Origin: Armatimonadota bacterium
Lineage (GTDB): Bacteria > Sysuimicrobiota > Sysuimicrobiia > Sysuimicrobiales > Humicultoraceae
NCBI GenBank assembly: GCA_037446215.1
Contig: JBBIJB010000011.1
Coordinates: 329 to 49,443 of the forward strand
Length of the DNA stretch: 49,115 bases
Reading direction: 5' to 3'
Below the pieces are notes generated by a model. The model was not told where the DNA came from, did not search any database, and saw only the letters and a program-made list of their open reading frames with translations. The translations under genes and the position numbers were made by a program. Of this stretch, positions 8,252-18,194 are shown piece by piece. Each line of letters opens with the position of its first letter. Within the stretch, counting starts at the first letter, position 1.

Positions 8252-9748
8252 ATGACAGTCCGCATGCGCACGGTTGCGGTCTGCGTGCTGATCGCGCTAG
8301 TGGCGGCACCTGCCGCGGCGCAGGTGTTCACCGACATGAGAGATCACCCGGCGCGAAGGGCCGCGGAGCGCCTCGTTGCCAAGGGCATAGCCATCCGCCT
8401 CCCCGACGGGCGCCTCGCGCCCGAGGAGCCGGTGACGCGTCTGGACGTGGCCCTGTTCCTGGCCCGCGCGCTCGGCATCCCCACCAGCGGGGTGAGGGCC
8501 CCCGACTTCCGCGACGTGGATCAGATCCCTGCCGCCGATCGGCCCGCGGTTGCCGCCGCCTCCATACTGGGAACGGTCTCCTCCACCCGCGTCGAGGTGA
8601 AGAGGGGAACGATAACCTACGCGCTCTCTGTGAACAAGCCGGCCTTCGGCCCGGACGAGACCGTCGAGATGGCGTTTTCGATAGCAAACGACGGTCAGGG
8701 GACGGCCACCGAGATAATGGCGCCCGACCGAGACCGACCGCGCGTCAGGCTCACCGAGCGCGACGGTGTGAAGGCGGGGATCGAGGGCGAGCTGTATACC
8801 GAGTCGCGCACTGCGCAGGGGGTCAAGCGCGATAGGATCGGGCGGATCCGAGTCGTCGAGGTACGCGCCGACTCGTCGATCGTCGAGCTCTACGACATGG
8901 GTACGGTCGAGCCCAAAGCAGGGCTCAAAGCGCTCTTCCTCGCGGATGTCTACTTCGAGTACACGAGCTCCCAGTTCCACGACTTTATCGTCCGTGACGC
9001 CGAGGGCAACGAGGCGGCCCGGTGGTCGCTCAACCGGCCGTTCGTGCCCGTTGACAGGCCCATCGCCCTCGCCGCAAACCGGTCTATGGAGTTCAAGACC
9101 CTCTGGAAGCAGCTGGACCAGAACTCCCAGCCCGTGCGCCCGGGCCGCTACGAGCTCGTGGCGACGCACATGACCAAGGAGAGGCCGACCTCGGTGACGA
9201 TCTCCTTCCAGCGCGGGTTGATCTCGGCCTTCCCGGACAACACCTTCAGGCCCCGGATGCCGGTCAGCAGGGCCGACCTCGCCGTGTACATGGTGAGAGC
9301 GATGGGTCTGGACGGCGAGGCCCACCGGCGCGCCAACGACACCCTGACTGTCGCGGACGCGCGGGAGATCCCCGCAGAGGCGCGCGGCAGCGTCGTTGTC
9401 GCGATCGACCGCAAGCTGATGCTGTCCCTTCCGGACAACACCTTCAGGCCCGCCAGGGTCGCCAACCGCGGCGAGGCGGTCTTCGCCCTCAATGCCCTCA
9501 TGGAGGCGATGAACCGGTTCGACTACGTCACCGCGACGCTGCGCGAGATCAGGGGCGGCCCGCCGCCGACGATCGTCGTCGAGGACGCCAACAGGCAGAT
9601 CCGGTCTCACCGCGTCGCGGTGGTCTCCGCGGTCTACCGCAACGATCAACCCGTGCTGCTCATGCAGCTCCGGCCGGGAGACCAGCTACGCATGCTGAGG
9701 CCCACCGAGGCGGCCGAGATCATGTACATCGAGGCTGCCAGCCGGTAG
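8252..9748 (+). CDS. Secreted S-layer-homology (SLH) domain protein with internal BsuPI-like (protease-inhibitor fold) domain
   Basis: Signal peptide MRTVAVCVLIALVAAPAAAQV. SLH blocks at aa ~26-76, ~85-107 plus 321-352, and ~367-418 (FPDNTFRP.., LPDNTFRP..). The central segment FEYTSSQFHDFIVRDAEGNEAARWSLNRPF...RSMEFKTLW...PGRYELV resembles the BsuPI intracellular proteinase inhibitor domain. SD GAGGGAGG precedes ATG 8252. Confidence 0.8.
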   Translation: MTVRMRTVAVCVLIALVAAPAAAQVFTDMRDHPARRAAERLVAKGIAIRLPDGRLAPEEPVTRLDVALFLARALGIPTSGVRAPDFRDVDQIPAADRPAVAAASILGTVSSTRVEVKRGTITYALSVNKPAFGPDETVEMAFSIANDGQGTATEIMAPDRDRPRVRLTERDGVKAGIEGELYTESRTAQGVKRDRIGRIRVVEVRADSSIVELYDMGTVEPKAGLKALFLADVYFEYTSSQFHDFIVRDAEGNEAARWSLNRPFVPVDRPIALAANRSMEFKTLWKQLDQNSQPVRPGRYELVATHMTKERPTSVTISFQRGLISAFPDNTFRPRMPVSRADLAVYMVRAMGLDGEAHRRANDTLTVADAREIPAEARGSVVVAIDRKLMLSLPDNTFRPARVANRGEAVFALNALMEAMNRFDYVTATLREIRGGPPPTIVVEDANRQIRSHRVAVVSAVYRNDQPVLLMQLRPGDQLRMLRPTEAAEIMYIEAASR

Positions 9749-9784
9749 GTCGGGGAGAGGTAGCCCCACAGAGGTGATCCCGTC

Positions 9785-11047
9785 GTGCCGATAGCAGATC
9801 TGGAAGCAAGGACCCTATCTGAGCTCCAGGAGATGGCGAAGGAGCTCAACATACCCAACTATCGGCGCCACCGGAAGCAGGAGCTGATCATGCGCGTCCT
9901 GCAGGTCCAGACCGAGGCCGCCGGCCTGCTGATCCGGACCGGGATCCTCGAGATCATGGCGGAGGGGTACGGTTTCCTCCGCACCACGGGCTACCTGCCC
10001 GGAAACGAGGACATCTACGTCTCCCCCTCGCAGATCAAGCGGTTCGGCCTGCGCGTTGGGGACGAGGTCCTGGGCCAGGTGCGGCCGCCCAAGGACAACG
10101 AGAAGTACTTCGCCCTGCTCCGGGTGGAGGCCGTCAACGGCGTCGACCCCGAGCAGGCGCGCTCCCGCCCCTCGTTCGAGCGGCTGACGCCCGTCTTCCC
10201 GCACGAGCGGATCAAGCTCGAGCTGTCGGAGTCCGACCTAACGGTCCGCGTGATGGACCTCTTCTCGCCGATAGGCAAGGGCCAGCGCGGTATGGTGGTC
10301 TCGCCGCCGAAGGCAGGCAAGACCACGCTGCTCAAGAAGATCGGGCAGTCGGTAGTCCAGAACCACAGCGAGATCTACCTCATCGTGCTGCTGCTGGACG
10401 AGCGGCCCGAGGAGGTCACCGATATGCGGCGCTCGGTCGAGGCGGAGGTCGTCGCGAGCACGTTCGACCGGGCTCCCGAGGAGCACATCCAGGTCGCCGA
10501 CCTCGTCCTCGAGCGCGCCAAGCGCCTCGTAGAGGGCGGGCGAGACGTCGTCATCCTGCTCGACAGCCTCACGCGCTTCTCGCGGGCCAACAACCTGGTC
10601 ATCCCGCCGTCCGGCCGTACCCTCTCGGGAGGCCTCGATCCCGCCGCCCTACACCGGCCGAAACGGTTCTTCGGCGCGGCACGCAAGATCGAAGAGGGCG
10701 GCAGCCTCACGATCATCGCCACGGCGCTGATCGACACCGGCAGCCGGATGGACGACGTCATCTACGAGGAGTTCAAGGGAACAGGCAACATGGAGCTGCA
10801 CCTCAACCGCAAGCTCCAGGAGCGCCGAACCTTCCCGGCGATCGACATCAAGATGTCAGGCACGCGGCGCGAGGAGCTGCTGCTGACCGACGAGGAGCTG
10901 CGCAAGGTCTGGGTGCTGCGCAAGAGCCTAGAGCAGCTCGACACGGTCGCGATGGCCGAGCTGATACTGGACCGGCTTCGCAAGACCCCGAACAACGCCG
11001 CGTTTCTGAGATCGATCGTCAAGAGCTCCGAGGACAACGGGCCGTAG
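9785..11047 (+). CDS. rho: Transcription termination factor Rho
   Basis: Rho_N (LSELQEMAKELNIPNYRRHRKQELI), RNA-binding domain (GILEIMAEGYGFLR), Walker A (SPPKAGKTTLL), 420 aa. Confidence 0.95.
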   Translation: MPIADLEARTLSELQEMAKELNIPNYRRHRKQELIMRVLQVQTEAAGLLIRTGILEIMAEGYGFLRTTGYLPGNEDIYVSPSQIKRFGLRVGDEVLGQVRPPKDNEKYFALLRVEAVNGVDPEQARSRPSFERLTPVFPHERIKLELSESDLTVRVMDLFSPIGKGQRGMVVSPPKAGKTTLLKKIGQSVVQNHSEIYLIVLLLDERPEEVTDMRRSVEAEVVASTFDRAPEEHIQVADLVLERAKRLVEGGRDVVILLDSLTRFSRANNLVIPPSGRTLSGGLDPAALHRPKRFFGAARKIEEGGSLTIIATALIDTGSRMDDVIYEEFKGTGNMELHLNRKLQERRTFPAIDIKMSGTRREELLLTDEELRKVWVLRKSLEQLDTVAMAELILDRLRKTPNNAAFLRSIVKSSEDNGP

Positions 11048-11077
11048 GTCGGCGGGGCGCCCTCTCGACCCGCCGAC
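11048..11077 (+). terminator. Hairpin immediately after rho
   Basis: GTCGGCGGG (11048-11056) pairs with CCCGCCGAC (11069-11077), loop 12 nt. No U-tract, so function is uncertain. Confidence 0.3.
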
Positions 11078-11198
11078 GGGAAGGAGAGGTACCCGGACCC
11101 GTCGAATAGACCGCCATTCACGCGCGTCCGGCTCCAGGGGTGAACTCCGCCCTCCGGTGCCGGTGAACTGATCCGGACAAGGGGAACGGGAGGGAGTC

Positions 11199-12230
11199 TT
11201 GGGGAGAGCGGCCGTACCCGCCGTGTTGGTCGGAATCCTGGTTGCGATCGCCCCGGCACTCGGCGCGGCCCCGGCTTCTCGTTCTTCGGAGACACCTAGC
11301 GCGGCATCCCGAGAGGCGCTCGTCGAGATGGCTCGCGTCATCGAGGCGACGCCATCCTCTATCGCGGTGCGGGCCGTCCGGCTCGCGCGCGAGACCCAGA
11401 AGGCCTCCCAACCGACCCGGAGGTTTCACTCGGTCGAGAGCGGCGACACGCTGTGGAACATAGCACGCAGCTACGGCCTGACCGTCGAGCACCTCGCCGC
11501 GGTGAACGGGATGCCCCTGGACGCGATCCTCCCCCTCGGCGCGAAGCTGTTGATCCCTTCCGACGGGCGTGTACGCCAGGCGGTACAGGCCGCGCGGACG
11601 GGTGCGCAGGCCTCCGCAGCCCGGTCGCCCTCGGTCGTGCACGTGGTGAGGTCGGGCGAGACGCTCTGGGAGATCTCAATCAGGTACGGCGTGAAGGTCG
11701 AGGATGTCATGGCCCGGAACGAGCTGGGCCACTCGGACTGGATCAAGCCCGGGCAGCGCATCCTGATCTCAGGCGCGCCGCTGCCGCGCCATCGCCAGGT
11801 CGCGGCGCAGTCGCGCAGCCGTACGGGCCCGGTCATGGCAGATGCCTCGCTGCTGGCCTCCGGCGGCGCATTCGTCTGGCCGGCGCGGGGCACCCTCACT
11901 TCCCGTTTTGGGTGGCGCTACCGCAGGCACCATGAGGGGATAGACATCGCGGCCCCCAGGGGAACGCCGATCTACGCCGCGCGCGACGGCGTCGTGGACT
12001 TCTCAGGGTGGAGGGGCGGCTACGGCCGCGCGCTATTCATCAACCACGGCAGTGGGATAGTCACTGTGTACGGGCACGCCTCGATACTGCTGGTCGGCGC
12101 GGGCGAGCGCGTCAAGAAGGGGCAGTTGATCGCCAGGGTGGGTTGCACAGGCGTCTGCACCGGATCACACCTCCACTTCGAGGTGCGAGTCGGCGGCCGG
12201 GCGACCAACCCGCTTCCCTACCTCCGGTAG
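11199..12230 (+). CDS. LysM-domain M23 family peptidoglycan endopeptidase
   Basis: Signal-like N-terminus. Two LysM repeats (HSVESGDTLWNIARSYGLTVEHLAAVNG; HVVRSGETLWEISIRYGVKVEDVMARN). M23 motifs HEGIDIAAPRGTPIYA and GSHLHFEV. TTG start behind GGGAGGGAG. Confidence 0.85.
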   Translation: MGRAAVPAVLVGILVAIAPALGAAPASRSSETPSAASREALVEMARVIEATPSSIAVRAVRLARETQKASQPTRRFHSVESGDTLWNIARSYGLTVEHLAAVNGMPLDAILPLGAKLLIPSDGRVRQAVQAARTGAQASAARSPSVVHVVRSGETLWEISIRYGVKVEDVMARNELGHSDWIKPGQRILISGAPLPRHRQVAAQSRSRTGPVMADASLLASGGAFVWPARGTLTSRFGWRYRRHHEGIDIAAPRGTPIYAARDGVVDFSGWRGGYGRALFINHGSGIVTVYGHASILLVGAGERVKKGQLIARVGCTGVCTGSHLHFEVRVGGRATNPLPYLR

Positions 12231-12247
12231 CGGCGTAAGCCGCTACC
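12226..12247 (+). terminator. Perfect 9-bp hairpin overlapping the M23 peptidase stop codon
   Basis: GGTAGCGGC-GTAA-GCCGCTACC (12226-12247). No U-tract follows. Confidence 0.4.
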
Positions 12248-12301
12248 GCCTTCAGCCGGCCCGCCTTCCCTGATCCAGCCAGGCTGGAGATCCACGGCGC
12301 C

Positions 12302-12330
12302 TTGGTCGCGGGTCTGTCTTCTGGTACAAT
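12302..12330 (+). promoter_or_regulatory. Sigma-A type promoter for rpmE (TTGGTC-17-TGgTACAAT)
   Basis: -35 TTGGTC at 12302-12307, 17-nt spacer, extended -10 TG (12322-12323) plus TACAAT (12325-12330). About 33-nt leader with SD AAGGAGAGAG before ATG 12370. Confidence 0.5.
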
Positions 12331-12369
12331 GCGTCTGTTGCGAACCAGCGTGAGTTCAAGGAGAGAGCG

Positions 12370-12576
12370 ATGAAGCAGGGCATCCATCCCCAGTACCACG
12401 AGGCTCGCGTGACCTGTGCATGCGGCGAGAGCTTCGTCACCGGATCCACTAAGAAGTCGATCCGCGTCGAGATCTGCTCGAAGTGCCACCCGTTCTACAC
12501 GGGGCAGCGCAAGTTCGTGGATGCGGAGGGACGCGTTCAGAAGTTCGCCCGCAAGTACGGCCTGAAGGTCCAGTAG
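12370..12576 (+). CDS. rpmE: 50S ribosomal protein L31 (Zn-ribbon type A)
   Basis: [22 protein letters not shown]...[10 protein letters not shown], 68 aa. Confidence 0.95.
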   Translation: MKQGIHPQYHEARVTCACGESFVTGSTKKSIRVEICSKCHPFYTGQRKFVDAEGRVQKFARKYGLKVQ

Positions 12577-12593
12577 CCACAGGCAGGACTGCC

Positions 12594-13787
12594 GTGAGCG
12601 GTGCTGGCCAGCGCACCGCGCACTCTCGCCGCAGGTCCGCGCTCCTCGCGGGACTGGCGGCCGCAGCGATGGCCGCGTCAGCCTCGACGGCCGTGACGGC
12701 GGGCCAGCCCGCGGCCGCGCCTGCCCCTACGCCCCCCGCGGTGCCTCCGTGGGAGACGGTCTACGCGCCGCGCGCGGTCGTCTACGCGCTGCCCGGAAGC
12801 GCATCGCCCGGCGAGGCCCGGGCCGCCGCCGACCGGGTAAGCCGGATCCTCGACCTAATAGCCCGCGACGCCGGCTTGGAGCTGGCCGGACCGCTGGCAT
12901 ACCCGCTTTATCCGTCGGCCGACCGGCTGCGCCAGGAGTGGTGGCGGTTCGCCACGCTGGGCGGCGGCCACGTGAACGGATGGGGCTCCGTGCTGGAGGA
13001 AGGCCGGGCGCGCGTCCACACCTACCAGATCACCCGGGCCGCGGCTCAGACCGCGGCCAGGAGGCCGGTTCTGCTCCTGCTGTGGGGCCTCGGGGACTAT
13101 CTGGGTGACAGGGTCCTCGGCTTTGACAGCCATGCCCACGCGAGGCTCTTCCTCGACCGCGGAGGCCTGCCCGCCACAAGCGAGATCGTCCACCAGATGG
13201 AGTTCAGCCGCGCGCTACCGGGAGCCTACGCCCAGGCCGTCTCGTTCGTGGCCTTCCTGGCCGAGCGCTGGGGGCTGCCCGGGGTGGTCGAGCTCGGCAG
13301 GAGCGTCGGAGAGAGATGGTACGAGTTCGAGGGGGCGTTCGAGAGGATCTTCGGCGTCACGCTCGCCGAGGCCGACCTGCTCTGGAGAGAGCGCGCATCC
13401 GCGGCCAGGCCCCCTGACCTCTCCGCCGCCGAGTTCGGCGACTACCTCAGGGCCCTCGAGTTCTCGTACTCGTTCTCGCTGGCCCGTTCCCCGGGAGGGC
13501 TCGTCATGAGGCAGGGCGGTGCGACGGCCTATCTCGAGGCCCTCCGTGCCGCCGAGGCCCTGCGCGGGCTCGATCTCCCCGCGGCCAGGCAGGCCGCGCT
13601 GACCGGCAGAGGGGCGATGGAGTCAGTGCGCCGGGGAACGGTCAGGACCCGCCGCACGCTGGAAGTGGCGCTATGGGCGCTCGGCATCGGCCCCATCGTG
13701 ATAGCGGTGATCGTGCTTGCGGTCCCTTCGATCATGAGGGCCCTTACCGGCTACGCGGGTCGCGGAGCCATGCGCAGGAGGCGGTGA
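12594..13787 (+). CDS. Hypothetical exported protein with Tat-like signal and C-terminal membrane anchor
   Basis: GTG 12594 gives [32 protein letters not shown] (twin-Arg-like signal). C-terminal helix [26 protein letters not shown] is followed by a basic tail. Coding-like composition. No family recognised by eye. The track start 12483 overlaps rpmE and is unlikely. Confidence 0.5.
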   Translation: MSGAGQRTAHSRRRSALLAGLAAAAMAASASTAVTAGQPAAAPAPTPPAVPPWETVYAPRAVVYALPGSASPGEARAAADRVSRILDLIARDAGLELAGPLAYPLYPSADRLRQEWWRFATLGGGHVNGWGSVLEEGRARVHTYQITRAAAQTAARRPVLLLLWGLGDYLGDRVLGFDSHAHARLFLDRGGLPATSEIVHQMEFSRALPGAYAQAVSFVAFLAERWGLPGVVELGRSVGERWYEFEGAFERIFGVTLAEADLLWRERASAARPPDLSAAEFGDYLRALEFSYSFSLARSPGGLVMRQGGATAYLEALRAAEALRGLDLPAARQAALTGRGAMESVRRGTVRTRRTLEVALWALGIGPIVIAVIVLAVPSIMRALTGYAGRGAMRRRR

Positions 13788-14368
13788 TGGAGAGGCGTGC
13801 GGGCAGCATCGAGGTAATCTGTGGGAGCATGTTCAGCGGGAAGACCGAGGAGCTGATACGGAGGGTTCGCCGGGCGCAGATCGCGCGCCAGCGCGTCCAG
13901 GTCTTCAAGCACTCCCTGGACGACCGCTATGCCGTCCAGGCGATCACCTCGCACAACGGCGCCCGCGTGGAGGCCGTTCCCGTGTCGAGCAGCCCTGAGG
14001 TCGCCGGCCGCGTCGAGGCGGGGACGGATGTGGTTGCTGTGGACGAGGTCCAGTTCCTGGATCCGGGGATCGCGGGGGTTGCCTTATCGCTTGCAGAGAA
14101 GGGGGTGCGGGTCATCCTCACCGGGCTCGACACCGACTTCCGCGGCGAGCCGTTCGGTCCGATGCCTCAGCTCCTGGCGACCGCCGAGGAGGTTACCAAG
14201 CTGGCCGCCATCTGCATGGTCTGCGGCGCGTCGGCAAGCCGCACTCAGCGGCTGGTCGAGGGGCGGCCGGCCAACTACGACGACCCGGTGATACTCATCG
14301 GCGCGAGGGAGGCGTACGAGGCCCGCTGCCGGCACTGCCACGAGGTCCCGGGCCGGCCGGTGCTATAA
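13787..14368 (+). CDS. tdk: Thymidine kinase
   Basis: [26 protein letters not shown] (P-loop) and C-terminal Zn ribbon CMVCG...CRHCH. ATG 13787 overlaps the preceding stop (TGATG). Confidence 0.9.
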   Translation: MERRAGSIEVICGSMFSGKTEELIRRVRRAQIARQRVQVFKHSLDDRYAVQAITSHNGARVEAVPVSSSPEVAGRVEAGTDVVAVDEVQFLDPGIAGVALSLAEKGVRVILTGLDTDFRGEPFGPMPQLLATAEEVTKLAAICMVCGASASRTQRLVEGRPANYDDPVILIGAREAYEARCRHCHEVPGRPVL

Positions 14369-14369
14369 T
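14361..14369 (+). promoter_or_regulatory. Extended -10 promoter element TGcTATAAT upstream of prfA
   Basis: TG at 14361-14362 and consensus TATAAT at 14364-14369, overlapping the tdk stop codon. About 18-nt leader with GGAG before ATG 14394. No clear -35. Confidence 0.4.
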
Positions 14370-14393
14370 CTAGGCCGGACGGAGCATAGAGAG

Positions 14394-15473
14394 ATGGACC
14401 AGAGGATGCGCGAAAGGCTGGAGGGGATGGAGGCGCGCTACGCGGCGCTGACCTCAATCCTTGCCGACCCGGCCCTCCTCGCCGATCAGGCCCGCTACCA
14501 GCAGGCCGCCCGCGAGTACTCGGAACTGGAGCCTTCCGTTGCCGCTTTCAAGGCCTACAGGGAGACGCTGCGCCAGTCGGAGGAGGCGGCGGCGATGGCT
14601 CGGGAGGAGTCCGATCCCGAACTGCGCGAGCTCGCGCGGGCCGAGGAGGCCCGGCTGGCGGAGCGGCTCGATGCCCTGGAGACGGAGCTGCGGGCCCTCC
14701 TGATCCCGCGCGACCCGCTCGACGAGCGCAACATCATAGTCGAGATCCGCGCCGGCACCGGGGGCGACGAGGCAGGGCTCTTCGGCGGCGAGCTGTTCAG
14801 AATGTACTCCCGCTACGCCGAGCGGAGGCGGTGGAAGACCGAGGTCCTTTCGGCCAGCCCCACCGGGATCGGCGGCTTCAAGGAGGTCGTGTTCGCGATA
14901 GCCGGGCGCGGAGCGTACAGCCGCCTCAAGTTCGAGAGCGGGGTCCACCGCGTGCAGCGCGTTCCAGTGACCGAGTCGTCCGGCCGGATCCACACCTCGA
15001 CCGCGACGGTGGCGGTCCTCCCCGAGGCGGAGGAGGTTGATGTCGAGGTGCGCCCCGACGAGATCGAGATCGAGACCTACCGGGCCGGCGGGGCAGGCGG
15101 CCAGAACGTCAACAAGGTCGAGACCGCCGTCAGGATCAGGCACCTTCCGACCGGAATAGTGGTGGCCTGCCAGGACGAGCGGTCGCAGTTCCAGAACCGC
15201 GAGAAGGCGATGCGAATCCTGCGCGCCCACCTGCTGGAGAGGGCCGAGCGTGAGCAGGCCGAGGCGATAGCGCGCGAGCGCCGGCTGCAGGTGGGCGGCG
15301 CCGAGCGGAGCGAGAAGATCAGGACCTACAACTTCCCCCAGAACCGGGTCACCGACCACCGCGTGGGGATGAGCTTGCACAGGCTCGAGGCGGTGGTGGA
15401 CGGAGACCTGGACGAGTTCATCGAGGCGCTCGGCGCGGCGGAGCAGGCGGCCCTGCTGGCGGGCGTCGAGTAG
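14394..15473 (+). CDS. prfA: Peptide chain release factor 1
   Basis: RF1-type PVT tripeptide (QRVPVTES) and GGQ motif ([14 protein letters not shown]), 359 aa. Confidence 0.95.
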   Translation: MDQRMRERLEGMEARYAALTSILADPALLADQARYQQAAREYSELEPSVAAFKAYRETLRQSEEAAAMAREESDPELRELARAEEARLAERLDALETELRALLIPRDPLDERNIIVEIRAGTGGDEAGLFGGELFRMYSRYAERRRWKTEVLSASPTGIGGFKEVVFAIAGRGAYSRLKFESGVHRVQRVPVTESSGRIHTSTATVAVLPEAEEVDVEVRPDEIEIETYRAGGAGGQNVNKVETAVRIRHLPTGIVVACQDERSQFQNREKAMRILRAHLLERAEREQAEAIARERRLQVGGAERSEKIRTYNFPQNRVTDHRVGMSLHRLEAVVDGDLDEFIEALGAAEQAALLAGVE

Positions 15474-15530
15474 CCCCTCCGAGGTGGGCGCATCGGCCTG
15501 ACGGTGTGCGGGGCCTGGAAGGAGGGCCGC

Positions 15531-16361
15531 ATGCGGCTCGACGCCCTCGGCATAGAGGAGGCGTCGTTCACGGCGGAGGTCCTGCTGCGCCACGCGCTTC
15601 GCCAGAGCCGCGCCGAGCTCTTCGCCGGCTGGGGCAACCCCATGGACGACGAGGCCCTTGTCCGGTACCAGGGCTACCTGTCCGAGCGCGCCGGGGGACG
15701 TCCGGTCGCCTACATCCTGGGACGGCGGGAGTTCATGGGCCTCGAGTTCTCCGTCGACGAGCGTGTGCTGATACCGAGGCCGGAGACCGAGGTCCTGGTT
15801 GCGGCCGCCCTGGAGGCGGTGCGCGACCATCCTTCGCCCGAGATGGCCGATATCGGCACGGGCAGCGGCGCCATCGCGGTCAGCCTCGCCGTGTTTCGTC
15901 CCGACGCTCACGTTCTCGCCACGGACATCTCCCGGGACGCCCTCGACGTCGCCGCGGTAAACGCGGCCCGCCACGACGTGGAGGCGCGCGTGACCTTCCT
16001 GGAGGGCGACCTCCTCGATCCCCTGCTGCCGCTTGCCTCCAAGGGCGTTCGGCTGCACTCGATCGTCAGCAACCCACCCTACCTCTCCGCGGAGGAGGCG
16101 CTTTCCCTACCCCGCGAGATCGCGGAGTTCGAGCCCTCCGGCGCGGTGGTGGCTCCCGGGGGAGGCGAGAGCGTACACCGCCGGCTCGCCAAGGCGGCCC
16201 CGGAGGTGCTCGCGGATGGGGGCTGGCTACTCATGGAGGTCGCTGCAGGCCAGGCACCAGTGGTGGTCGAACTCCTAGAGGAGACCGGGCTCTACGAGCG
16301 GCCGCTGGTGCGCACCGACATGTTGGGCTGGGAGCGCGTCGTCGCGGCGCGGATGCGGTAG
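15531..16361 (+). CDS. prmC: Release-factor glutamine N5-methyltransferase
   Basis: SAM motif DIGTGSGAI and NPPY motif (IVSNPPY). ATG 15531 sits behind GGAAGGAGGG and is preferred over the track GTG 15504. Confidence 0.9.
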   Translation: MRLDALGIEEASFTAEVLLRHALRQSRAELFAGWGNPMDDEALVRYQGYLSERAGGRPVAYILGRREFMGLEFSVDERVLIPRPETEVLVAAALEAVRDHPSPEMADIGTGSGAIAVSLAVFRPDAHVLATDISRDALDVAAVNAARHDVEARVTFLEGDLLDPLLPLASKGVRLHSIVSNPPYLSAEEALSLPREIAEFEPSGAVVAPGGGESVHRRLAKAAPEVLADGGWLLMEVAAGQAPVVVELLEETGLYERPLVRTDMLGWERVVAARMR

Positions 16362-16385
16362 GGAACGGCTCGGGAGGTGATCTCC

Positions 16386-16835
16386 TTGCGGATAGCCATA
16401 GGCGGAGACCACGCCGGCGTTCTGCTGAAGGCCGAGGTGGCAAGACTGCTCATCGAGATGGGCCACGAGGTTCGGGACTTCGGCACGAAGACCGCGGAGC
16501 CGGTGGACTACCCGGACTTCTGCATCGCGGTGGCTGAGGCGGTGGCCGGCGGCGAGTTCGAGTGGGGCATCATCTTCGGCGGGACCGGCAACGGAGAGGC
16601 GATGTCGGCCAACAAGGTTCTGGGGATCCGTTGCGCAGTCTGCACCGATGCCACCACGGCCCGTCTGGCCCGATCCCACAACGACGCCAACATGATATCG
16701 CTGGGGGCGCGCATAGTCGGCGTGGAGGTGGCCAGGGAGATAGTGCGGACCTTCCTCTCCACGGAGTTCGAAGGGGGACGGCACATCCCCCGCATCGAGA
16801 AGATCTCCGACTACGAGAGGAAGCGCCGTAAGTAG
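16386..16835 (+). CDS. rpiB: Ribose-5-phosphate isomerase B
   Basis: (M)RIAIGGDHAGVLLK..., GTGNGEAMSANK, RpiB/LacAB family. TTG 16386 lies 8 nt after GGGAGG (16372-16377). The track GTG 16377 abuts the SD and is unlikely. Confidence 0.9.
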   Translation: MRIAIGGDHAGVLLKAEVARLLIEMGHEVRDFGTKTAEPVDYPDFCIAVAEAVAGGEFEWGIIFGGTGNGEAMSANKVLGIRCAVCTDATTARLARSHNDANMISLGARIVGVEVAREIVRTFLSTEFEGGRHIPRIEKISDYERKRRK

Positions 16836-16844
16836 CCTGGAGCC

Positions 16845-16862
16845 GGGGCGGCGTCCCGCCCC
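16845..16862. terminator. Perfect hairpin between convergent rpiB and glyA (bidirectional terminator candidate)
   Basis: GGGGCGG-CGTC-CCGCCCC (16845-16862) in the 30-nt gap between the two stop codons. Confidence 0.45.
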
Positions 16863-16865
16863 CCG

Positions 16866-18194
16866 CTAGCCGATTCCCGGGACCGGGAAGTCGCGGCACA
16901 TCGCCTGCACCTCTTCCCTGATCGCCCCGAGCCGTGCGCTTCCCTCCACCGCCGCGCGGAACTCCCTGAGCGCGCCCGCGCGCGCCTTCTTTCCCTCGGG
17001 AAGGGTGAACGGCCGGATCTCCTCGTAGACCTGGGCTATCCAGGCGGCTATCCTCTCCATCTCAGGCTCCCGCATCCCGCGCGTCGTCACCGCGGGTGTG
17101 CCCAGGCGTATCCCGGATGGGAAGAACGGCGAGGAGGGCTCGCCGGGGATGGTGTTCTTGTTGGCGGTGATCCCGACCGCGTCCATCGCCTCCTGCATGA
17201 AGACGCCCCGCCCCTTGCCCCCCTTGGTCAGGTCGACGAGGAGCATGTGGTTGTCCGTGCCTCCGGTCACGAGGTCGAAGCCGTGGCTTGCGAGCGCGGC
17301 GCCCAGTGCCCTCGCGTTGCTCACGATCTGGGCCGCGTACTCCCTGAATTCGGGCTGCATCGCCTCGTGCAGCGCCACGGCGATCGCCGCGGTGGTGTGA
17401 TCGTGCGGTCCTCCCTGGAGGCCAGGGAAGATCGCCCGGTCCACCTTCTCCGGCAGTTCCGGGTCCTTCTTCACACCGCGCTCGGTGACCATGATCATCG
17501 CGCCCCGCGGCCCGCGGAGGGTCTTGTGGGTCGTGGTGGTCACGATGTGCGCGTGGGGCACCGGGCTCGGGTGCGCCCCACCGGCGACCAGCCCCGCGAT
17601 GTGGGCGATGTCGGCCGCGAAGTACGCGCCCACCTCGTCAGCCACCTCTGCGAAGTCAGCGAACGGGAACTCGCGCACATAGGCGGTTGCCCCGCACCAG
17701 ATCAGCCGGGGCCTGTGCTCCCGGGCGAGGCGCCAGACCTCGTCCATGTCTATGTAGCCGTCCGGCCTGACGTGGTAGGGATGGCTCTTGTAGTAGATCC
17801 CCGTGGCGCTGACCGGCCAGCCGTGGGTCAGGTGGCCGCCGTCAGGCAGGTTCTGCCCCATGATGGCGACCCCCGGCTCGCAGGTGGCAAGGTAGACCGC
17901 GAGGTTCGCGGGGCTGCCGGAGTAGGGCTGCACGTTGACGTGCGGGACACCGAATACCACGCGCGCCCGCCTCTGTGCCAGGCGCTCGATCTCGTCTATG
18001 ATCTCGTTCCCGCCGTAGTAACGCTTCCCCGGGTATCCCTCCGAGTACTTGTTGGTGAGGATCGACCCCATCGCCTCGAGCACGGCGACAGACACGTAGT
18101 TCTCCGAGGGGATGAGCTCAACGCCGTCCCGCTGCCTGGCCTGCTCGCGATCGATCATCTGGCCAAGCTCCGGATCTCTCTTCGAAAGGACCAT
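16866..18194 (-). CDS. glyA: Serine hydroxymethyltransferase
   Basis: MVLSKRDPELGQMIDREQARQRDGVELIPSENY and PLP-lysine block VTTTTHKTLRGPRG. ATG 18194 sits behind GGCAGGAGGC; the track start 18356 adds a non-homologous 54 aa. Confidence 0.95.
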   Translation of the reverse strand: MVLSKRDPELGQMIDREQARQRDGVELIPSENYVSVAVLEAMGSILTNKYSEGYPGKRYYGGNEIIDEIERLAQRRARVVFGVPHVNVQPYSGSPANLAVYLATCEPGVAIMGQNLPDGGHLTHGWPVSATGIYYKSHPYHVRPDGYIDMDEVWRLAREHRPRLIWCGATAYVREFPFADFAEVADEVGAYFAADIAHIAGLVAGGAHPSPVPHAHIVTTTTHKTLRGPRGAMIMVTERGVKKDPELPEKVDRAIFPGLQGGPHDHTTAAIAVALHEAMQPEFREYAAQIVSNARALGAALASHGFDLVTGGTDNHMLLVDLTKGGKGRGVFMQEAMDAVGITANKNTIPGEPSSPFFPSGIRLGTPAVTTRGMREPEMERIAAWIAQVYEEIRPFTLPEGKKARAGALREFRAAVEGSARLGAIREEVQAMCRDFPVPGIG

